This document shows positions 16,131 through 20,000 of a stretch of DNA of 20,000 nt, in pieces. Source of the stretch: Candidatus Thorarchaeota archaeon (GTDB lineage Archaea; Asgardarchaeota; Thorarchaeia; Thorarchaeales; Thorarchaeaceae); assembly GCA_013388835.1 (NCBI GenBank), contig JACAEL010000092.1, positions 18,023 to 38,022 on the forward strand, given 5' to 3'. The position numbers were made by a program, and so were the translations under genes. Within the stretch, counting starts at the first letter, position 1. Each line of letters begins with the position of its first letter. The notes beneath the pieces are model-generated. The model was not told the origin of the DNA. It saw nothing but the letters and a program-made list of their open reading frames with translations, and did no database searches.

Positions 16131-16931
16131 TTGGAAATCACTATCATTCGAAAGGATAAGGACCTGATACATTTCCTGATCGAGGGAGTCGATGTGGCAT
16201 TCGCAAACGCGCTCCGGCGGACGATGCTTACCCGACTCCCCGCGATGGCGATACATGAGGTGCTCGTCCTTGAGAACACCAGTGTGATGTACGATGAGAT
16301 TCTTGCGCATCGCCTCGGTCTGGTTCCACTCGTCACGCCGCTGGAAGACTACAATCTGCCCAGCGAGTGTGAGTGCGAAGGAAAGGGCTGTTCTCTCTGT
16401 CAGTGCACACTGACACTGGAGAAGGAGGCGGGCAATCAAGAGGTAGTCGTATATTCTCGCGACTTGTCCTCACAAGACCCGAAGGTGGTTCCAGCCACAG
16501 GTGACATCCCTCTTGTTAAGCTAGCTCCCAACCAGAGGCTGATCATAGAGGCATATGCAAGGCTTGGCACTGGTCTGGAACATGCGAAGTTTCAACCTGT
16601 TGCAACAGTAGCCTACAAGTATGTGCCGATTGTAAGCATCAACGACGAGAAGTGCAACCGCTGTGCGGAGTGCGTAGAGGTCTGTCCTAGGGGAATCCTG
16701 TCGCTTGATGGCAAGACCGTCTCCACGCAGAATGTTCTCAACTGCACACTCTGTGAGATGTGCGTAAGGGCCTGCGAACCGGGAGCCATCACGATTGAGC
16801 CCAAAGAGGACAGCTTCCTGTTCAAGGTTGAGTCCACGGGAGCTCTTCCTCCAGAGGAGATCGTGGAGAGAGCAGCAGAGATACTGAAAGAGAGAATCAG
16901 AGTGGCCCTTGACTTTGCCAATACACTATAG
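16131..16931 (+). CDS. rpoD: DNA-directed RNA polymerase subunit D with ferredoxin-like insert
   Basis: FANALRRTMLTRLPAMAIHEVLV..N.S.MYDEILAHRLGLVPL; eight-Cys insert CNRCAECVEVCP...CTLCEMCVRACEP; TTG start with GAGGT upstream. Confidence 0.96.
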   Translation: MEITIIRKDKDLIHFLIEGVDVAFANALRRTMLTRLPAMAIHEVLVLENTSVMYDEILAHRLGLVPLVTPLEDYNLPSECECEGKGCSLCQCTLTLEKEAGNQEVVVYSRDLSSQDPKVVPATGDIPLVKLAPNQRLIIEAYARLGTGLEHAKFQPVATVAYKYVPIVSINDEKCNRCAECVEVCPRGILSLDGKTVSTQNVLNCTLCEMCVRACEPGAITIEPKEDSFLFKVESTGALPPEEIVERAAEILKERIRVALDFANTL

Positions 16932-16946
16932 GAGTGGAAATCATCA

Positions 16947-17309
16947 ATGGTCAGGACCGGTTCAACAGACCCCAACGTGCGCGCTCTGGTCAATGCGCTC
17001 CGCAAGGCTTCTACCAAGAACGACGCAAGAGTGTGGAAGAGAGTTGCGGAGCTGGTTTCCCGCCCAACCAGACAGCGTGCTGTAGTCAACCTAGGAAAGA
17101 TAGAACGTCACTCGAATGACGGTGATGTGATAGTGGTGCCGGGCAAGGTTCTCGGTGCCGGTGTGCTTACCCATAAGGTTGTTGTAGCCGCGCTGAGTGC
17201 GTCTGCCTCAGCTCGGGCAACAATTGTCGCCGCAGGAGGCTCGCTCATCACAATCGACGAGCTCGTGACGCGGGTGCCTAAGGGTAGTGGGGTCACCATA
17301 ATTACATGA
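16947..17309 (+). CDS. rpl18e: 50S ribosomal protein L18e
   Basis: 120 aa; VVNLGKIERH...VVVPGKVLGAGVLTHKVVVAALSAS. Confidence 0.95.
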   Translation: MVRTGSTDPNVRALVNALRKASTKNDARVWKRVAELVSRPTRQRAVVNLGKIERHSNDGDVIVVPGKVLGAGVLTHKVVVAALSASASARATIVAAGGSLITIDELVTRVPKGSGVTIIT

Positions 17310-17319
17310 GGTGTTCAAC

Positions 17320-17772
17320 ATGAGCGAACAGAGAGAGATAGTGTTCGATGCTGACCGCATCATACTCGGCAGGCTGGCTGCCAAGGCGGCAAGAGCGGCA
17401 CTGATGGGAAACAGAGTCGTGATTGTGAACGCAGAGAAGGCAATTATCACGGGTGACAGACACACAGTCATCAGTATATACAAGGAGAGGCGCAACATCC
17501 GAACCTCATACAAACCGCAGAAGGGCCCATTTCATCATCGCCGACCAGACAAGATGGTCAGACGTGTGATACGCGGAATGCTTCCGTATCCCGCACCTCG
17601 TGGCAAGGCAGCCCTCAAGCGCGTCACGGTGCACATTGGAGTGCCTAAAGAGTACACTGAGAGGGAGAAGGTCATACTGGAAGAGTCACGCTATTCCAGT
17701 CCAAGGAGGAAGTGCATCACCATACGTGACCTGAGCTACGAACTTGGATGGAGAAGCAAGGGGGTGACATAG
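17320..17772 (+). CDS. rpl13: 50S ribosomal protein L13
   Basis: DADRIILGRLAAKAARAALMGNRVVIVNAEKAIITG; ATG at 17320 with GAGGTG 6 nt upstream. Confidence 0.96.
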   Translation: MSEQREIVFDADRIILGRLAAKAARAALMGNRVVIVNAEKAIITGDRHTVISIYKERRNIRTSYKPQKGPFHHRRPDKMVRRVIRGMLPYPAPRGKAALKRVTVHIGVPKEYTEREKVILEESRYSSPRRKCITIRDLSYELGWRSKGVT

Positions 17773-17774
17773 GA

Positions 17775-18173
17775 ATGCGAGTTGTAGTCACTTCAGGTAA
17801 GAGAAAGACCAGCATTGCAAAGGCCACTATCAAGAGTGGTGCGGGACGAGTACGCATCAATGGACAGCCCCTCGAGATATATCAGCCGGAACTCGCACGA
17901 ATGAGGATTATCGAGCCACTCGTGCTGTTTGGCGATGGCTGGAAGTCCTACGACATAAGCATCAAGGTCAGTGGTGGGGGTTTCATGAGCCAGGCGGACG
18001 CTGTAAGGATGGCGATTGCTACAGGCCTGATAGAGATGAGCCAGGACTTCGAGGCGCGTTCTAGGATGTTAGAGCATGACCGGACGATGCTTGTTGGCGA
18101 TCCACGACGAACCGAGCCAAAGAAGTTCGGTGGGCCATCAGCCCGTTCCCGAAACCAGAAGTCATACAGGTAA
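17775..18173 (+). CDS. rps9: 30S ribosomal protein S9
   Basis: MRVVVTSGKRKTSIAKATI...GGGFMSQADAVRMAIATGL...RSRNQKSYR; start trimmed from 17748 to the ATG at 17775. Confidence 0.96.
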   Translation: MRVVVTSGKRKTSIAKATIKSGAGRVRINGQPLEIYQPELARMRIIEPLVLFGDGWKSYDISIKVSGGGFMSQADAVRMAIATGLIEMSQDFEARSRMLEHDRTMLVGDPRRTEPKKFGGPSARSRNQKSYR

Positions 18174-18185
18174 GGTGCTTGCGAG

Positions 18186-18401
18186 ATGATTATCCCCGTG
18201 AGATGTTTTACATGCGGAAAGGTCGTCGCCGACAAGTATGAGCAGTTCAAGCGCGAGGTCAGACAGGGCGAAGACCCCGCGATTGTATTGGACAGGCTCG
18301 GACTGACACGGTATTGCTGTCGAAGAATGCTTCTGTCACACATCGACATCATTGACAGCTTCATGGCTTTTGCCACAACAGACTCGATGGAGGCCAAGTA
18401 G
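18186..18401 (+). CDS. rpoN: DNA-directed RNA polymerase subunit N
   Basis: [21 protein letters not shown]...[23 protein letters not shown]. Confidence 0.97.
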   Translation: MIIPVRCFTCGKVVADKYEQFKREVRQGEDPAIVLDRLGLTRYCCRRMLLSHIDIIDSFMAFATTDSMEAK

Positions 18402-18402
18402 A

Positions 18403-19038
18403 GTGAGCGAAGGAGAAATCTCAGACGCACAGCTGCTGACTTCAATGGACAAGTATCTTGCAGCGGGCTGTCACATTGGAACACAAGTCAAGACACAGGA
18501 CATGGAGCCATTTGTCTACAGACAGAGACCTATCGGGTTATACGTGCTTGATGTGAGGAAGACCGATGAGCGAATACGGACTGCGGCCAAGTTCATTTCG
18601 AGGACGAAACCCGAGAAGGTAGTCATAGTCTCAGGTCGTGTATACGGAAAGCGACCCGTGGAAACCTTTGCGTACTACATTGGCGCATCCGCGTTCACGG
18701 AACGCTTTGTTCCCGGTACGTTCACCAACCCGAGTATGCGAGGACCAAGGACATACATCGAACCGGGACTCGTCATACTCACTGACCCGAGGACAGACCA
18801 ACAGGCCTTGGAGGAAGCATCCCGCATTGGAGTCCCAGTCATCGCGCTCTGTGACACAGACAACGTGACAACCAATGTCGATCTGGTGATTCCCTCCAAC
18901 AATCGTGGAAGAAAGGCGCTGGCACTAGTCTACTACCTGCTGACCACCCAAGTCTTGAGAGAACGTGGGGACATCCCTCCTGACGGAGAGACTGCATTTA
19001 CCCCCGAGGACTTCGAACCACAGGTTCAGAGAGTCTAG
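18403..19038 (+). CDS. rps2: 30S ribosomal protein S2
   Basis: YLAAGCHIGTQVKT..MEPFVYRQRPIGLYVLDVRKTDERI; DPRTDQQAL.EASRIGVPVIALCDTDN; GTG at 18403 right after the rpoN stop. Confidence 0.95.
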   Translation: MSEGEISDAQLLTSMDKYLAAGCHIGTQVKTQDMEPFVYRQRPIGLYVLDVRKTDERIRTAAKFISRTKPEKVVIVSGRVYGKRPVETFAYYIGASAFTERFVPGTFTNPSMRGPRTYIEPGLVILTDPRTDQQALEEASRIGVPVIALCDTDNVTTNVDLVIPSNNRGRKALALVYYLLTTQVLRERGDIPPDGETAFTPEDFEPQVQRV

Positions 19039-19424
19039 CTGAGAATGGATATGACGCCGCTGGTGGCGTCCACCTCCACTCTCTGGCCAGTCTGAAACTG
19101 TGTCACATCCACTTGGTCGACTGCAGGAATCTCGCCGATTATGCACCCGACAGCCACGACAGGGTCAGTGGTCTTGTTGATTATTGCAAGTGGTGCCCTT
19201 CTACCCTTGCTGAGCGCGTAGAGGACGTAAGAGCCCACTGTACTCCCCTTGCCGGCAGGAAAGACCAGCACCTTACCCGAGATGGACTTTCCTTCGAGCG
19301 GATGGCCCTTTTCCACAATGACGCCAGTTGCCGGGTCACAGCCTCCGTAGAAGGAGATGTCGGACGGACTATAGAGCACCTCTCCGGTCACTTTGCCTTT
19401 GAATATCCGGCGACCCTGAATCAT
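19035..19424 (-). CDS. Aconitase X swivel subunit (phosphomevalonate dehydratase small subunit)
   Basis: MIQGRRIFKGKVTGEVLYSPSDISFYGGCDPATGVIVEKGHPLEGKSISGKVLVFPAGKGSTVGSYVLYAL; 4-nt ATGA overlap with the upstream large-subunit gene. Confidence 0.9.
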   Translation of the reverse strand: MIQGRRIFKGKVTGEVLYSPSDISFYGGCDPATGVIVEKGHPLEGKSISGKVLVFPAGKGSTVGSYVLYALSKGRRAPLAIINKTTDPVVAVGCIIGEIPAVDQVDVTQFQTGQRVEVDATSGVISILS

Positions 19425-20000
19425 CCTGAGATTGCCTCCCTTATGCATTCGTCAGCGCTTCTGATGAGCGTCTTGAACTTGTTCTTGCCCCGGGCATAGA
19501 AGCATGCCTTTGCAGAGTCTGTCATCAGGCCCTTGAAACGTCCTTCCAGCGGCGCTACGGCGCAGCAGGCATCGCTCACAAGATTAGCTCCTGCTCGTTC
19601 TATAATGTCATAGTAGCCCATTTTGATTGCCAGTTCCTTTGTAGGTCTTGCTGTGGTAATCCACACGGTCTTGCCCTTACGGACCTTGTGTCCGTCAAGC
19701 ATCTGTGCAATGTGCGCAATCTCGCCAATGCTTGCATGAGGACAACCAATGCTGATGAAGTCGATGTCTGCACCCTCATCGTCAAGCTTGGTCCTGGCAC
19801 GCTCAATGTCATCTTGGGTCACAGTCAGGGTCTTATCCGGAACAGGGGTCCTGTTCGGAGTGATTCCCTCCATGTGGAAGATGGCAACACCACCGTAAGT
19901 CGCTATTGAGGCGCAGAACGACTTCAGAGCATCTGTAGTCACCCTTGAAACACCGACAATGTATGGGACTGCGCTCTTCGTCCGCTCGCCAATCACCTGG
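19421..20000 (-). CDS. Aconitase X catalytic subunit (phosphomevalonate dehydratase large subunit), C-terminal part, truncated by window edge
   Basis: VSRVTTDALKSFCASIATYGGVAIFHMEGITPN; IDFISIGCPHASIGEI; VSDACCAVAPL; reading frame stays open to 20000, so the track start at 19996 is probably internal. Confidence 0.9.
   Translation of the reverse strand, partial: QVIGERTKSAVPYIVGVSRVTTDALKSFCASIATYGGVAIFHMEGITPNRTPVPDKTLTVTQDDIERARTKLDDEGADIDFISIGCPHASIGEIAHIAQMLDGHKVRKGKTVWITTARPTKELAIKMGYYDIIERAGANLVSDACCAVAPLEGRFKGLMTDSAKACFYARGKNKFKTLIRSADECIREAISG

Noticed and set aside
17948-18484. 178-aa antisense ORF over rps9/rpoN/rps2
   Set aside because: Antisense to three confident genes; a GC-driven open frame.
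1-20000. CRISPR array, transposon, toxin-antitoxin or defence island
   Set aside because: No regularly spaced direct repeats, no transposase or integrase motifs, and no Cas or restriction-modification proteins in the ORF track.

Overview
This is a chromosomal window from an archaeon. Asgard affinity (Thorarchaeota-like) is inferred from an Arf/Arl-type small GTPase among archaeal informational genes; no database check was possible. Most of the window is core genome: pelota, a LonB-like AAA+ ATPase without a protease domain, dnaG, two type II methionine aminopeptidases, DUF1512, aIF5B, ndk, rpl24e/rps28e/rpl7ae, glycerol-1-phosphate dehydrogenase, an Arf-like GTPase, rpoD-rpl18e-rpl13-rps9-rpoN-rps2, and an AcnX/phosphomevalonate dehydratase pair cut by the right edge. 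Three RNA genes missed by the ORF track were read directly: a stand-alone 5S rRNA (6384-6498, +), a tRNA-Ser(GCT) with a 31-nt insertion in its T loop (10020-10136, -), and an SRP 7S RNA (about 10225-10510, -). The most notable unexplained items are: (1) the T-loop insertion in tRNA-Ser; (2) a densely paired intergenic region at 5055-5277 that looks like an unidentified structured RNA; (3) a LonB-type ATPase whose membrane insert appears replaced by a zinc-knuckle segment and which lacks the Ser-Lys protease, next to pelota; (4) two intact MetAP2 paralogs with a near-identical 13-nt promoter element at the same spacing from their starts; (5) ndk inverted in place within the usual rpl7ae-rps28e-rpl24e-ndk-infB cluster. 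No CRISPR array, transposon or evident defence island was found.
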